Positions 11,364 to 24,247 are shown, numbered from the whole stretch's first letter. The stretch is DNA of 62,684 bases, filler included, from Stramenopiles sp. TOSAG23-2 (GCA_900128395.1; 24 parts of 24 records of this genome joined end to end with filler, not necessarily neighbours in it), one strand, 5' to 3'. Numbers and translations are program-made. Notes: generated by a model not told the origin, from the sequence alone.

Positions 11364-12152
11364 ATTATTTAATTATATTAGTTTTAAAAAACTGGATTAT
11401 AATTTGTAACTCTTTGTTGAAAATATTATATATATATACACTCTTGAATAGAAATTCCACACACTACAGTATGTTTTTTTCTTTTAGAGCACGATGATTT
11501 CAATTAAAAATATTCTTTAGAGACTTTTCTAATTAAATTCTCATATATGAAAAGAATCTTCCACATCATTTCAACTTGTTTCATCTATACATCTATATTA
11601 TTTATAAAATATAATTTTTTTAAGAAAGAAGGAATTTTTGGGCCAATTTATTTTTTTCTAATAAATAAGTAGTGCTGTGTTCCTGTTATTTTAAATTTAT
11701 GATCTTTCGTAGGTAAAAATATTACGGAAGTATTAACCTAGATATATTAAAATTATTGCGAGGATTCTATCTCATCAAGCTAGTAATGCTAATATATTAT
11801 ATTTATTTTTTACTTCTTTTTTTTGTGTTGAATTAAGTATCATCATCACCACCACCATTCTCATCGTTCCGTTTTACTCTATTGGATAAAAAAATAACTT
11901 CAGTTGAAACACGTTCTTTTTCTTTCATTGCTAATTCTTGAAATTCCTCTGCCATTGTATGTATGATTTCTTCTATTTGCAACAATCTTGCTTGCATATG
12001 TATTGTTTTATAATACAAATGCATATATATTGGAAACACGTCGTATTAGTCATGAAACATCATCATCCAAAACATTATCACCAAAATCATTTATTTCCAA
12101 ATTAAGTAGTAAAAACATTTCACAGAAAAACAATACTATCACTCGGAATAAG

Positions 12153-12383
12153 ATGGATAATAATGATAATGCAGTAGTTAAAAAATCAGCTATTAAAAAA
12201 AGTAAGGAAAAGCGATATAAAAAAATTATGAAGTTAAATATCCAGTTAGATAAAATTAACAAAAATATTCAAATAGTAGAAAACAAACTACATAGCATGA
12301 AACAAAATAAAAACAAAATTGAATTACAATTACATGAAGCTTTGGTAAATGACCAAAACATATCTGTGTTAGAAGATCATTGA
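12153..12383 (+). CDS. Short basic coiled-coil hypothetical protein
   Basis: Open frame with heptad-like LNIQLDKINKNIQIVENKL. No family recognised. Confidence 0.25.
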   Translation: MDNNDNAVVKKSAIKKSKEKRYKKIMKLNIQLDKINKNIQIVENKLHSMKQNKNKIELQLHEALVNDQNISVLEDH

Positions 12384-12544
12384 ATTTATCCCACCTTCGA
12401 CTGCAAGGATTTAAAAACAAGAGGTTATATTAAATGTATAACACTTTCGTAAATTAAGATTTTAAAGAATTTTAGATCGAGTATTGAGCGTCATACGCAC
12501 GTAGAGTATTTGGCATTTTATCAATACACCGTGTATAATAAAAT

Positions 12545-12880
12545 ATGGTTAAAATCTAAGTTATAATAATTTTACACTTCTCGTGTTAAAGTAATATGCT
12601 CAATACTCAATCGCAAGAATAATATGCTATCCTACTATAATAAAGCTCTCCTGACGTCGTCGCAAGCTCTCATGCGCCACCGCAAGCTAATACTCCATAA
12701 GCACAAGTAGGTCTGAATCCAGTATAATACACTCGATGAAAGTGGTGTGAATAGTCCATAGGTTTTCCAAAGTTTGGTGGTTTTGAATTCCCCAGGGGTG
12801 GATTCATAGCAACCATTGTCTTGGATGACAATAGGTTGTGGTTGCAATGCACAAAATTATCACCGTGTATAATACATATC
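12545..12880 (-). mobile_element. Dispersed repeat family A, longest copy (probable retroelement 3' end)
   Basis: Shares TGGTTAAAATCTAAGTTATAATAATTTTACACTTCTCGTG...CTCAATACTCAATCGCAAGAATAATATG with copies at 7735, 18443, 26318, 26510 and 41996. Confidence 0.7.
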
Positions 12881-13185
12881 ATGTATAATTGATATGTAAG
12901 AGATTTTAATAAACAAAAAATATACGTACATATATTTTTATTTTTTACTCGTATTTTTTTTATATTTTACACGCACTTACTTTTTTATACGTACGTGCGT
13001 ACGACGTATATCTCATTAAAAGCAAAATGATGTGTTTTTTTAAAAGTGTATACATTTACACATTATTGTACACACCTAGATATTANNNNNNNNNNNNNNN
13101 NNNNNNNNNNNNNNNNNNNNNNNNNNNNNTTAATTAATTAANNNNNNNNNNNNNNNNNNNNNNNNNNNNNNNNNNNNNNNNNNNN

Positions 13186-13321
13186 TATCCAACTTAACTT
13201 TCAATTTTTCATCCTTACGTGAGGTCGCCTCAATAACTGTCCCTCTACTTCCTTGTTTAAATGTTGCATTACTTGTTGTATAGTCCTTCGTTAATTGTAT
13301 TATGCGCCCGACAATGCTCAT
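13186..13321 (-). CDS. N-terminal fragment of a hypothetical protein (SH3/MIB-HERC2-like beta pattern)
   Basis: VGRIIQL...FKQGSRGTVIE...LKVKLD; runs off the contig. Confidence 0.35.
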
Positions 13322-14030
13322 TTCATCCTGAGTCTCTTCAATATTATATTAAATTATAAAATAATTCTCTTAATTTATATGCATAATTTAAAGATTTTAT
13401 TTACTCATAATGTTATATTTCACTATATATATATATGAGTAAGAGAACATTTTATATATGTGTAATTACCAGAAATAATATAAATTGAAAGATATAACTA
13501 AACCGGAAAGACCTGTGAAAGAATTATTCATGATATATCATATATAATATATTTTTTAAAAAATAAAAGCAAATAATATTAAAATTATGATATTAGAAAA
13601 TATATATATTAAAATTTAATATGATATGATTATTTAAAAAAAATTCTCTTATATTTATTATGATACTGCATTTAATTTATTTTTTAGTGTGTTTAAAGTT
13701 TTACTCAAATGATAATTCCTACTCTACAAAAGAATACAATAACTGAGACAATTAATACCGTACATCTTTATTATAAAATATACAGTATGCACTATTTATG
13801 TATCATTACGTATCATATGATACTTGATAACATTTTTTATTAAAAATTATATTTATAAAAAGATAATTTTTAATACCGTATTTCTATCTCAGCTACACTA
13901 GTGTGTGTTGATATTCTGATAATATAGAGAATGCCAATGAAGATAAATTAGATGGTATCAACTCGCATTTGATGAAAAACGGACATCATAGGAAGGCGGC
14001 GAACGTTATCATCCTCCTGTTATTGCATAT

Positions 14031-15428
14031 TTATAAATCAACGTCTTCTTTAATCAACGGATTATCTTTGGAATTACCATTCGAGCTTTCAGCGTCTAAT
14101 AAATTATGATATCTTGAAGGAATAAATTCTTTTAATTTTTCGCTTGGCATATCATATTCCAAAGATTTCAGTTTTTCTGGATGTTCTGTGTTCATAAACT
14201 CAACCCATTTCCATTCTTTGCAAACATCATTTATTCGTAAAAGATACGCCTTAATTAAATTTCTTCCTTCTTCACTAACTCCTTTTTTATCTTTGAAACT
14301 ATTTTCCACGACACCAAAATAGGTAATGATAACCATAACAGACAGTTCTCGTAAATAACAGTGCAACACTTCTTTCCATGTTAAGTCATCGACTTTTAAC
14401 TCTTTCATTGCATTGTAATATGTTTCCAAATATTCTCGTTCGTATTTTAAACGATTTTCACGCGTTGTAGATGAAACAATGCAATATGAAACATCCTGCA
14501 TACCATTTCCTTCTTTGAGCAACTGAAAATCGTATACTAAGAAACGATCGGAGTTCTCACTTGGAAAAACCATGTTAGCAGCGCGATAATCGCCGTGTGT
14601 TAGTGTATTTGGATATCCCCCTTTTCTTAAACGTCTAAAATCATTCATCAGTATAGGAGCAGATTCCGCATAATTGAATTTTAGCCACATTGCACATTCA
14701 TGGGATAATTTATAATCATCTGGTGAATCAAACTCATAACTGGCATATGCTTCCTCTAATCCAACCATTTTCTTTGCATATTCTTTTCCAACCAAATCAA
14801 AATAATCTTTATCACTGCGTCTTAAAATCCAATCCTTAGTTTTTCCATCAGTTGTAACTTTCCCCCTATATTTTGCATGCATTTTTGCTAGTTCTGTTAA
14901 TGCCATTTTACCTTGCTCAAGATTAAAACCTACTTTAAACTGGTCAACAGGTTTTGCCGGTGCAAAGTCTTCCATTAGTATACAGGCGCGTCCATACTCG
15001 CCTAGGTCTGAGTGGTAGCAAGTTATTGTATTCATTCCACATTCCGGTCCTAAGTTGCGGTGATAAAATAAATGTTCGGCTTTGAACAAGGAAAGCAAGG
15101 AACCGGTAATCCTGTAGAGAAGATTTGTTGGTGTCAGTTTTAACACCAAGCTTTTTGGTAGTTTTTCTGCATTTGCAGAATTATATGTTGGGGTGATTCT
15201 GTGCATAAGAGAAAGCAAACCTTCACCAATTGCAAACGTTTCTACTTTTATATCTACAATACTTTCATCCGCATTTAAAACTGCAGGTTGTCCCATATGT
15301 TTTGAGTCTCTCAGTACTTGATTTAACCATTCTACTGTAATATGTTTTGTTTGAAATGGAATATTGGTAGGTGCGCAACCTAATGGTTCGCAACATACAA
15401 TGGCACAAAAATGAGCAGGTATCGACAT
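14031..15428 (-). CDS. Ecdysteroid kinase-like / choline kinase / APH-superfamily phosphotransferase
   Basis: PKSLVLK, E-x-x-FY, ILMEDF, Brenner motif THGDYRAANM and VYDFQ...DVSY. Confidence 0.88.
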   Translation of the reverse strand: MSIPAHFCAIVCCEPLGCAPTNIPFQTKHITVEWLNQVLRDSKHMGQPAVLNADESIVDIKVETFAIGEGLLSLMHRITPTYNSANAEKLPKSLVLKLTPTNLLYRITGSLLSLFKAEHLFYHRNLGPECGMNTITCYHSDLGEYGRACILMEDFAPAKPVDQFKVGFNLEQGKMALTELAKMHAKYRGKVTTDGKTKDWILRRSDKDYFDLVGKEYAKKMVGLEEAYASYEFDSPDDYKLSHECAMWLKFNYAESAPILMNDFRRLRKGGYPNTLTHGDYRAANMVFPSENSDRFLVYDFQLLKEGNGMQDVSYCIVSSTTRENRLKYEREYLETYYNAMKELKVDDLTWKEVLHCYLRELSVMVIITYFGVVENSFKDKKGVSEEGRNLIKAYLLRINDVCKEWKWVEFMNTEHPEKLKSLEYDMPSEKLKEFIPSRYHNLLDAESSNGNSKDNPLIKEDVDL

Positions 15429-16557
15429 TTTTCGTCACAATGTAATAAACGTAACCAACTTATAATAAATATAATCAAATATAGGTAAGAATGAAATGAA
15501 CTAATAGAGTGCTAGAAGCAGAAATGTGTATAATTTTAATTTTAAAATATTTATTTTACGACTTGTATCCTCATCCTCCTCTCTGCTGGCCCAGCTGGCT
15601 CTCGTCGTGGGAAATATTTATAACCTGCGTGTAGGCCAGTAGGCGCAGTTAAGGACCATATAGGAATAGCATTATTCTAATGCTGTATAAATAGTCTTCA
15701 ACTACATAGACACANNNNNNNNNNNNNNNNNNNNNNNNNNNNNNNNNNNNNNNNNNNNTTAATTAATTAANNNNNNNNNNNNNNNNNNNNNNNNNNNNNN
15801 NNNNNNNNNNNNNNAATACTTTAACAGTATTATTATTTATACTAGAAACAATTTAAACCACTTTATGTTAATAATCCTTAAAATGAGGACCCTGTGACGT
15901 AACAACTAATGTAGGGGATAAAGCTTTTTTTCGCACCATTTTTCCAAACGCACAAACTAAGGTGCTAAGGTGATTTTAATTTTGGTATAAAATAATCTAA
16001 GAGTTTTATTTTAATTTTTTTTGGAGTATTCTATTTTGTTGCTATTGCCCTTTCAAGTATAAATTATTATGTGTCATTGGTCGTATACAATTGCACTTAA
16101 TTTTCAAGTATACATTTAGACTATGTGTCATTTGATAGGAAGGAACAGAACTCCTTTTACACAAAAGTCGTTGCTTTTTCTTCTCGTCATTTTCTATTAT
16201 TTATTATTTATTGAATTTATTTATTCTATTTATTATTGTTATTATTTAAAAATGACAAGTATATATATCACAACTGTCGTCTACCAATCAATGACAATCT
16301 TCTTCAAATGTATATATATATATATATGTATGTATGTATGCGTTAAAATGACAAGTATATATCACAACTGTCGTCTACCAATCAATGACAATCTTCTTCA
16401 AATGTATATATATATATATATGTATGTATGTATGCGTTAAGATTCGGAACAGAGTGAAGAAATAACGATATATCATATATAGATATCATCGTTTCAGAAA
16501 AAAAAATAATATCAAGTATACGTTAAGATCATACATATATATATTTTCTTTCAAAAA

Positions 16558-17652
16558 ATGAGTCAATTAGTTTCTAATATAAATGATGATAATAATAATA
16601 ACGAAAAACAAGAAGTGTCGTCTGAACTTGGAAGTAGTAAAGTAGAATCTTCATCGTCATCATCATCCTCCTCCTCCTCAAAGAAGAACAATATGAAAGG
16701 GAAATTTGGTGGTTTGAAACCAAAACGCTTACAACATTTAGGACCAACTGACGTAAAACGCTTTAATTCAACTTCTACTATGTTTGTTGATAATACTATC
16801 AGTGTACCAGATAATCAATTAATGATGAAAGCAGTTGCAAACAAAATATTGGAATTATTATTAATAGGTGAGGAAAAATTAAAAATGAATGTGAAAATGT
16901 CTACTAAATTTAATACACCAGAACGATTTTCAGTCAATACATTGCCAGGGAAAAGCTTAATATATGAAACGATTAAATTTATATTTAAAACGGGACAATT
17001 ATCTATTGATTGTACCATTATCGCACTTGTTTATATCGACCGTATATTAAAAGTTAAAGTTTTTGAAAAAGATGCGATGGTACCAATTTATTTAAATAAA
17101 ATTAATTGGCAACCATTGGTTGGCGTGACATTTATGTTAGCATCAAAAGTATGGGATGATCTTAGTATGATCAATCAAGATTTTTCAACGTTTTTACCAT
17201 ATGAATTATCGGAATTAAATGAATGGGAAAGAAGATATTTAAATGCTACTGGTTTTAATGTTCGTGTTGGCGCATCTGTTTATGCAGAATATTATTTTAA
17301 TTTAAGACAAGAAATACAACAAAAAAGTAGTAAAAATGAAAGTAGTGTAGGAAAATTACCATTAATGAAAGAATCGGAACAAAAACCATTAGATAAGAAA
17401 AAGGCTGCACGTTTAGAGGCTTTGACGCAAGATGCACAACATCGATTTATTCAATATTATGGGGAAGATACAAATGATTTGGATGGTTTAGAAGGCACTG
17501 TAATTGGTTTAAATGCTTGTAATTTAAAACCACCTGTAATCAATCAACGTAGGACGAAATCAGTTGGTGATTTAGATTTAGATGATACATCGCGTGACAC
17601 TGATAATGATGATACATTTACATCAGAGGGTGGTTTTGCTGTATTGTCGTAG
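16558..17652 (+). CDS. Cyclin Y-like cyclin
   Basis: STSTMFVDNTISVPD, IIALVYIDRI, MLASKVWDDLSMINQDF and ER-x-x-L...FNVRVGASVYAEYYFNLR. Confidence 0.9.
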   Translation: MSQLVSNINDDNNNNEKQEVSSELGSSKVESSSSSSSSSSSKKNNMKGKFGGLKPKRLQHLGPTDVKRFNSTSTMFVDNTISVPDNQLMMKAVANKILELLLIGEEKLKMNVKMSTKFNTPERFSVNTLPGKSLIYETIKFIFKTGQLSIDCTIIALVYIDRILKVKVFEKDAMVPIYLNKINWQPLVGVTFMLASKVWDDLSMINQDFSTFLPYELSELNEWERRYLNATGFNVRVGASVYAEYYFNLRQEIQQKSSKNESSVGKLPLMKESEQKPLDKKKAARLEALTQDAQHRFIQYYGEDTNDLDGLEGTVIGLNACNLKPPVINQRRTKSVGDLDLDDTSRDTDNDDTFTSEGGFAVLS

Positions 17653-17906
17653 GAGCATTATACTGGGGAATGCTAATTATACTTGCTGAGAACATCTAAA
17701 AAACATATATGTGTAGAGAGAGACGAAAAGAGAGAGAGAGAGAATGATATCCTAAATATTTAAAAAAATATTTAAAAAAAAAAATATAAAATGACTTCAA
17801 AGAAATCGTCAAGATATAATCCAAATTTGAGTGTGTTGTTTTAATAATTTTACTCCGCTGCCTGCCCCCTCCCGGCCCCATTGTACGGTCTGGCTGCCTT
17901 CATCTA

Positions 17907-18236
17907 TCACTTCTTTCTCGTCCGCTTCCGTTCCCCCTGGTAGCTTCGGGTGCTTGAGCGTTTCTTTTTGTTCCCGCTGCCACCATTCTTTTTTGCTACT
18001 TGTTTTGGCGGCCCTTTCTCCTTCTTGGTATACCACAATTTTTTCTCATCGACGTAGGCAATTCCCATATTCTGCAATTGTTGCGCAATCTCATCTGCCT
18101 TCTTGTAATCTTTTGACAGCTTTGCAGTGCTACGATCCTCTAACAGTTGCTCCACGTTGGCCTCGTCAACTTTGTCATTGGTTGCCCGGAACATGATCTT
18201 GGACGACGCCCTTGACCAGCCAGCGGTGGCGGACAT
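17907..18236 (-). CDS. Small protein consisting of a cysteinyl-tRNA synthetase anticodon-binding-like domain plus a basic tail
   Basis: VEQLLEDRSTAKLSKDYKKADEIAQQLQNMGIAYVD matches the CysRS C-terminal pattern R-x-x-A-(R/K)-x-x-K-D-(Y/F)-x-x-A-D-x-I-R-x-x-L-x-x-x-G-I. Confidence 0.7.
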   Translation of the reverse strand: MSATAGWSRASSKIMFRATNDKVDEANVEQLLEDRSTAKLSKDYKKADEIAQQLQNMGIAYVDEKKLWYTKKEKGPPKQVAKKNGGSGNKKKRSSTRSYQGERKRTRKK

Positions 18237-18442
18237 AATGCAGGAAGGAGAACGACTATCTTATATATATATATATGTATGTATGTATCACAGTGTTTAC
18301 ACACATGCAAATACTCAGCACTGGTTCACCTAAACTGTATGANNNNNNNNNNNNNNNNNNNNNNNNNNNNNNNNNNNNNNNNNNNNTTAATTAATTAANN
18401 NNNNNNNNNNNNNNNNNNNNNNNNNNNNNNNNNNNNNNNNNN

Positions 18443-18493
18443 TATTACTTAACACGAGAAGTGTAAAATTATTATAACTTAGATTTTAACCAT
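18443..18493 (+). repeat. Repeat family A copy at contig start
   Basis: Reverse complement of 12545-~12596 with a 1-nt indel. Confidence 0.85.
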
Positions 18494-18594
18494 CAAATTT
18501 ATTATGATATCATATAATAAAAGATCTAAAGGCTAAACACCATCAATATGCATGGTCATACACTCTTCCACACCATAAAAAAAATATTTTTTCT

Positions 18595-20969
18595 TTACCA
18601 TTTATTGCCATTTACATTATTAAATCCAGGTGGCGGTTTCTTTTTGTCCTTTTTTCGGACATCGCCAGATAGATTATTGCTGATATTATTGCTGGTATTA
18701 TTGCTGTTATTTCCGTTATCACCACCTAAGCTACCACTGCCAAAACCACCAAAAGATGAATTTCCAAACGATGGATTACTAGCCATTAATAAAATTTCTT
18801 CATCATCATCATCCACTGCAAGCTGATTAGATACACCACGATTGTTCCCAGTTCCAAGTGCATTTACATTTGGTAAATCCATTGAGAATGCAGAATTATT
18901 TGGAGAGAGATAAGATGTGTCACCAAAACCGCCACCGAAAGCATTGCTGGACGTAGATATAGAACCAACAGCATTATCAAACAACGAAGTCCCACCAAAA
19001 GCATTGTATGTAGTATTAGTACTACTACTGGAGTTTCCATTAAGATTGAAATTAAGTTGATTAATATTATCATTGCTTTTTGAGGGGATTGAAGGGGATG
19101 GGCGTCCAATAGCACCATTATTGCCTGAACCACTACGACTTCTTACTTTTTGGTTATTATTCAAATCCATGCCAAAGTTCAATGTATTATTGTTCATATT
19201 CATGTTGCCATTATCAAATGTATCGGCAACGTTTAGGTTGTTCACATTATTGCCAACAGGATTCATGAAAGAATAATCATTTGCTCCAAGTCCGCCGCCA
19301 TTAAAATTTAACGAGGAATTTGCATTATTGATTTGGGTATTCAAGATTGGATCATTTTCAGGCACAAATCCAGGTGGCGGACGAACAGTTTTTCCACGTT
19401 GCAATGACCCTGGCTTCAAAAGCTTGTCATCTCCCCCTACACTCACTGGGTTGTTTACATTGGCAGCTTTCACTTCTATAGCAGCTTTCTTTTCTGCAGC
19501 AGCTTTCTTTTCTGCAGCAGCTTTGGCCTTTGCAGCAGCTTTTTCCGCCTTTTCCGTTTTTTTCTTCAAACGCTTTTGTTCTAATCGCTCTTTCTTCTTT
19601 TTAGCTTTCTCTGCCGCCCTTGCTTTGTTTTCTTCTGCCCTCCTTTTCCGTAGTTCTAATTCAGCTTCTTCATTCTTTTTCCTAAGTAAAGCTGCTTCTT
19701 CTCGTAACTTGCGAACTTCATCTTTCAATGTTTGATCATCGGATCCAGCAGCTTTTACTGCAGCTTGTACCTTCACCTTCTCTTTGTTATCCTTCGTAAC
19801 CTCAAGTTTTTCATTGGTCTTTTTCACTGCCTCAGATTTAGTTTCAGTTTTCTCAGCTCTTTTCATACCAACACTTGGAGTTTTCGGTTTTTTATTCTCT
19901 TTTCTGTTTGCAAAGAAAGACCCAGTTTTCTTAATGTTCGTTGTTTTCTCCTCTTTTATAATTACAGCTGTTGGTTTCACCGTATCTATTTCACTTTTGC
20001 TAGGTACTTCTTCTTTCACTTTTTTCAATGTTGTCGAATTTTTTTCTTTGACAGGATTTGTTTTAATAGCTTCAACCTCTTTTACTGGCAACGCGTTGGT
20101 TGTTTCAACAGTTGGTGCTAAAGTTTTGCTACTAACAACATCAGGTTTTTGCACAGATGTTTCTTTCGTTACAGGTGTAACTACTGTTTCTTCTACTTCA
20201 TGCTGGATTTTTGCTGGTTTCTTTATCTCTGGAATTGTGATTAATGGTTGTGACACCTTTTTAAATCGATTTAATGCTAGGAACAGAACATAACCGAGCC
20301 AAGCTAATGTAAATATTAGTATCCCTTGTATAAAAAGGGATGGCGGGCCATACGCAAAAGCTACATATGCATTCGCACAATGTGGCAAAAGCGAAGAAGA
20401 AACTGATGCTTTTATTGGCATTTTCATCGTATGACGTTTCTTCTTCAATTTATTTCCTAGTATGGCTTCGACGTACAAATAATCAGATGAAAACGATGCT
20501 GCACAATCACTTGTAAATGATAAATCAAAGCTATGGTACTCATATGGTTTCAAAAGAAACGGTTTTTGCTTAACACCATTCTTGCAGCCGCTCAACATGA
20601 AACCATTGCCGCTACATCCGTTCCCTAGCCTGTAACTCATTACATTAATTGGTATTTCCCCAATGTTTACAATTAACATCTCTTTGTTAATACCAGGTAC
20701 TGAGCGGCTTCCATTGTTGCGGCGTTTATATTCTTCTTCCTGACTTATATCATATTCATACTGAAAAGACAATTCCTTAGGCTCTGAAATTATTGGGCGG
20801 CTTTTCTTCTTACTATCTTTTGATGATCGTGTGGAAGACAAAGAGGCTGATTCTTCATCCCATTTTTTCGATTTAACAAACTTTCTTACAAGCTTAGAAT
20901 CATATTCCTGCTTTAATCCATCTGGCTCTTGGCCGGGTAAATCAGAAGATGCAATAAATGCTAATCGAC
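18595..20969 (-). CDS. TMEM131-like protein, C-terminal part; 5' partial
   Basis: NIGEIPINV...GCSGNGF-x-L-x-x-C...LKP-x-E...LSFTSDC...ASVSSSLLPHCA, then one TM helix and a long Lys-rich and Asn/Gly-rich tail. The frame is open to the contig edge. Confidence 0.75.
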
Positions 20970-21721
20970 NNNNNNNNNNNNNNNNNNNNNNNNNNNNNNN
21001 NNNNNNNNNNNNNTTAATTAATTAANNNNNNNNNNNNNNNNNNNNNNNNNNNNNNNNNNNNNNNNNNNNGATGTGACGTGGACAAAACAAGACGGTTATT
21101 CGATATTATCTTTAACATATATTAATAATGTGTTGTTTCAAAAAAAATTAAAAAAAAAAACTATAATATGTTTTGATATTTCTGAAAATTCTTCTTTCCC
21201 AAAACTGAATTAATATTTCCATATGAACGTGTTATTAATAAATACGATAATTGTATAATTTTGTCTCACACCCACACAGACACACTGCAGACACACAGAC
21301 TTATCCAATATATGTTAAAGATAATATCGAATAACCGTCTTGTTTTGTCCACGTCACATCATTTGTTGAAGGAATCCGGTGGTTCCGAATTTACATATTT
21401 AAGGAAAAGTAAAAATATACAGAGAAGGAAAGTATTATATAATATTATATAACATAAAATTGAATATAGCATTTTTTTCACGTCCTTAAACGGGGGTTTG
21501 TAGCAATATTTGTATGTTGACTGTATGCTGTTTTTAGCTTGGCCTGGATTTCGATATTTAAGATCTGGAAATGATAATATAAATATTATCATCTTTTGCT
21601 ATTTATATTTTGTGCTTTTTCAATAGTTCTAATAGTGAATAGCAATAGTGTTATATTATTGAGAATTATTCGTGTATAAAAACATCTGATGAGACATGAG
21701 ACATGAGACATGAGACATATT

Positions 21722-22629
21722 AGTCGGCCGTCTAACGTGAATGTTCTTATGTGTAGTGTTATTTTTGGATATAATTTAAGGTAAAATGTCTTTTTCAAGG
21801 CCTGTGTAGTGCTAATTGCATTTTTTTGTTGATAAGGACAATTTTTTTGCTGATGAAGAAGAAATGTGTTTTTTGTTGGGAATATAGATTGTTCATTTAA
21901 CTATGCATTTATATTTAATACATTAAATGGAAAAAGATATTATCATAAACTAAAAAATTAAAAGTAAAAATAAATTTTATATTACCTAAAATTTTAAATA
22001 TATTATCTAAACATGTATTCAAAACATCTCCCACACCAAACATATCATTGTTATAAAAAATACATATGATTTCATAACAATATATTTACGCTTGTGTGCG
22101 TGGTTATTTTGTCATACAAATGAAGAATATAACAATACACACTATTGGTTTTTAAAAAAGTAAATTTGAATTTCAACCATTTAAATGATCAAAAGTTCGT
22201 TTTGAATAAGTTGAAACTGAGGGGAGTTAACAGGTACCTCAATAGCTTGTCTGATGGATGTAACCCTCACTTAAATGTTCCAATTCTGAGGTCCCTGTTA
22301 ACTATTCCCAGTTTCAAATTATCTCCAATTTAGTATCTACCTTTTCTCCCATTGGTCTTGCAAGTGATGTATCTTTTGCATGTATTTAGCATGTATTAAA
22401 TATTTTAACATTTGCATTAAAAAATTTGTAAGTACAAAACCTACCATTAGAATAGCATTAGAGCTTTTAAAAATAAAGTGTATTACTATTGATAAATATA
22501 TGGACCAATTTGTTGTAAATATTAATTTCATCGAGTTAGCACTACACAGGCCTTGAAAAAGACGGTTTACCTTAAAATATTCCCCAAAATAACACTACAC
22601 ATAAGAAGATACACGTTAGGCATCCGACG
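21722..22629. mobile_element. Imperfect ~93-bp inverted repeats (21722-21814 / 22536-22629) in a gene-free contig; probable non-autonomous DNA transposon ends
   Basis: The arms align base for base, with an exact inner end (CAAGGCCTGTGTAGTGCTAA / TTAGCACTACACAGGCCTTG) and scattered substitutions outward. Confidence 0.6.
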
Positions 22630-24247
22630 CTCTCCTGAGCCCTGAGCGTCGTGTGTTCCGACTAGAGACATATCAAATATCAAAAAAAAATGGAGTTGAC
22701 ATCACTTTACCTTCTATGTATTCATTATTCCCATTTTGATATATAATGTTTTATATATATATATCCGAACAAGTTCCAAATATGATATTTTTCTGTATGA
22801 TCTGGGGAGGTGTGAAATCTGAAAATGGAAATCCAATATCAAAAATTAAAAATATTTGTGATGAAATCAATGCTATAATATTTCAGTTCCTAAATGAATG
22901 GTGAAATGCTATCATAATTTATTCCCTAATATTATAATACCATTATTCCATTTTAGTATACATTGTTTTATATATATCCGAACATATTTCAAATGATATT
23001 TTTGTTGTAAATTTTGTTGATCATCCACAACAAAATAACAACATAATAACACTATTCACTATTGAAAAGAAGAAGGAAGAATAGATCTAATAAAAAAATG
23101 TAATAACAAAGTTAAGAGACCCCGGAATTATATTTGGCATTTAATTATAATCATAGTGTGATTTCTGCACTGCTTTGAAGCATAAAATTGTTGGTGATGA
23201 AGGAGAAATGAGAGAGCCCCTACTCGGATATATATATATATTTGTATTGTAGTAAAGCAGGGAAGAGATGATCCATTTCCAATTAGGAAATAGAATCATT
23301 CGTTCATTCATTCGTTATATATTCATACATTTTAATAACAATACACTTCAAAAGATTGGTATTATTATTATTATTAGTTGTATTATTTTTTATTTGTTGT
23401 TGTTTTTTTAATTTTATTATATATTATTATTATTTTTTTAGATATATAATTTTAATAATACATTTATTCAATAATATATTTTGGATATAAGATATTTTAC
23501 ACATTTTGTGTGAAAAAAAAAGAAAAACAAAAAGAATTATTATTATTATTATTATATAATAAATATATAAAAATTTAGAAACAGAAATACATACCGNNNN
23601 NNNNNNNNNNNNNNNNNNNNNNNNNNNNNNNNNNNNNNNNTTAATTAATTAANNNNNNNNNNNNNNNNNNNNNNNNNNNNNNNNNNNNNNNNNNNNTACT
23701 ACCAACTACAATATCCCTATATAAGATAATAACAGTAGATAGTATCTTAGTAATTATGTGTGTTAGTAATTTTTTAATTACCATAGTAGTACCTTAATCT
23801 AGGTCCTAGACTTTTCATAGTAGTACCTGGTAGGACAAAACTCATTCCAAAAAAACCACCAGCAGCACAAACGCACAAACATAAACAACAAAAACCATCC
23901 ATCCAAATCGAATAATACTATTTTATTGTCGACCATATATTATCCGATACATGTAGTGTGGAAAGAAATCATAGAAAAGATAAAAATAAAGAGATATTTC
24001 TTTTCCATACGATATAACAAATATTATTATTATTGCTGTTGATAGAATACATCACCAATATTGGCGCTTGTATAGTTTATTTTGATTTTCTTATCGTTGT
24101 TGGTGATTATTATTATTATTTAATTATTATTAATTTATAGTCTAATAATTTAGAAAATTTATAAAACGAATAACCAAGTTCGTTGTTATTATTATTATAT
24201 ACACAATATATTGATCATTTTTTGTTAAATAAAAACTTTTGTCCATC

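Noticed and set aside
18548-20293. Numerous antisense or alternative-frame ORFs over long genes (also at 4112-4793, 5672-5970, 47494-48723, 57640-59358)
   Set aside because: They are shadow ORFs of well-supported genes or low-complexity regions.
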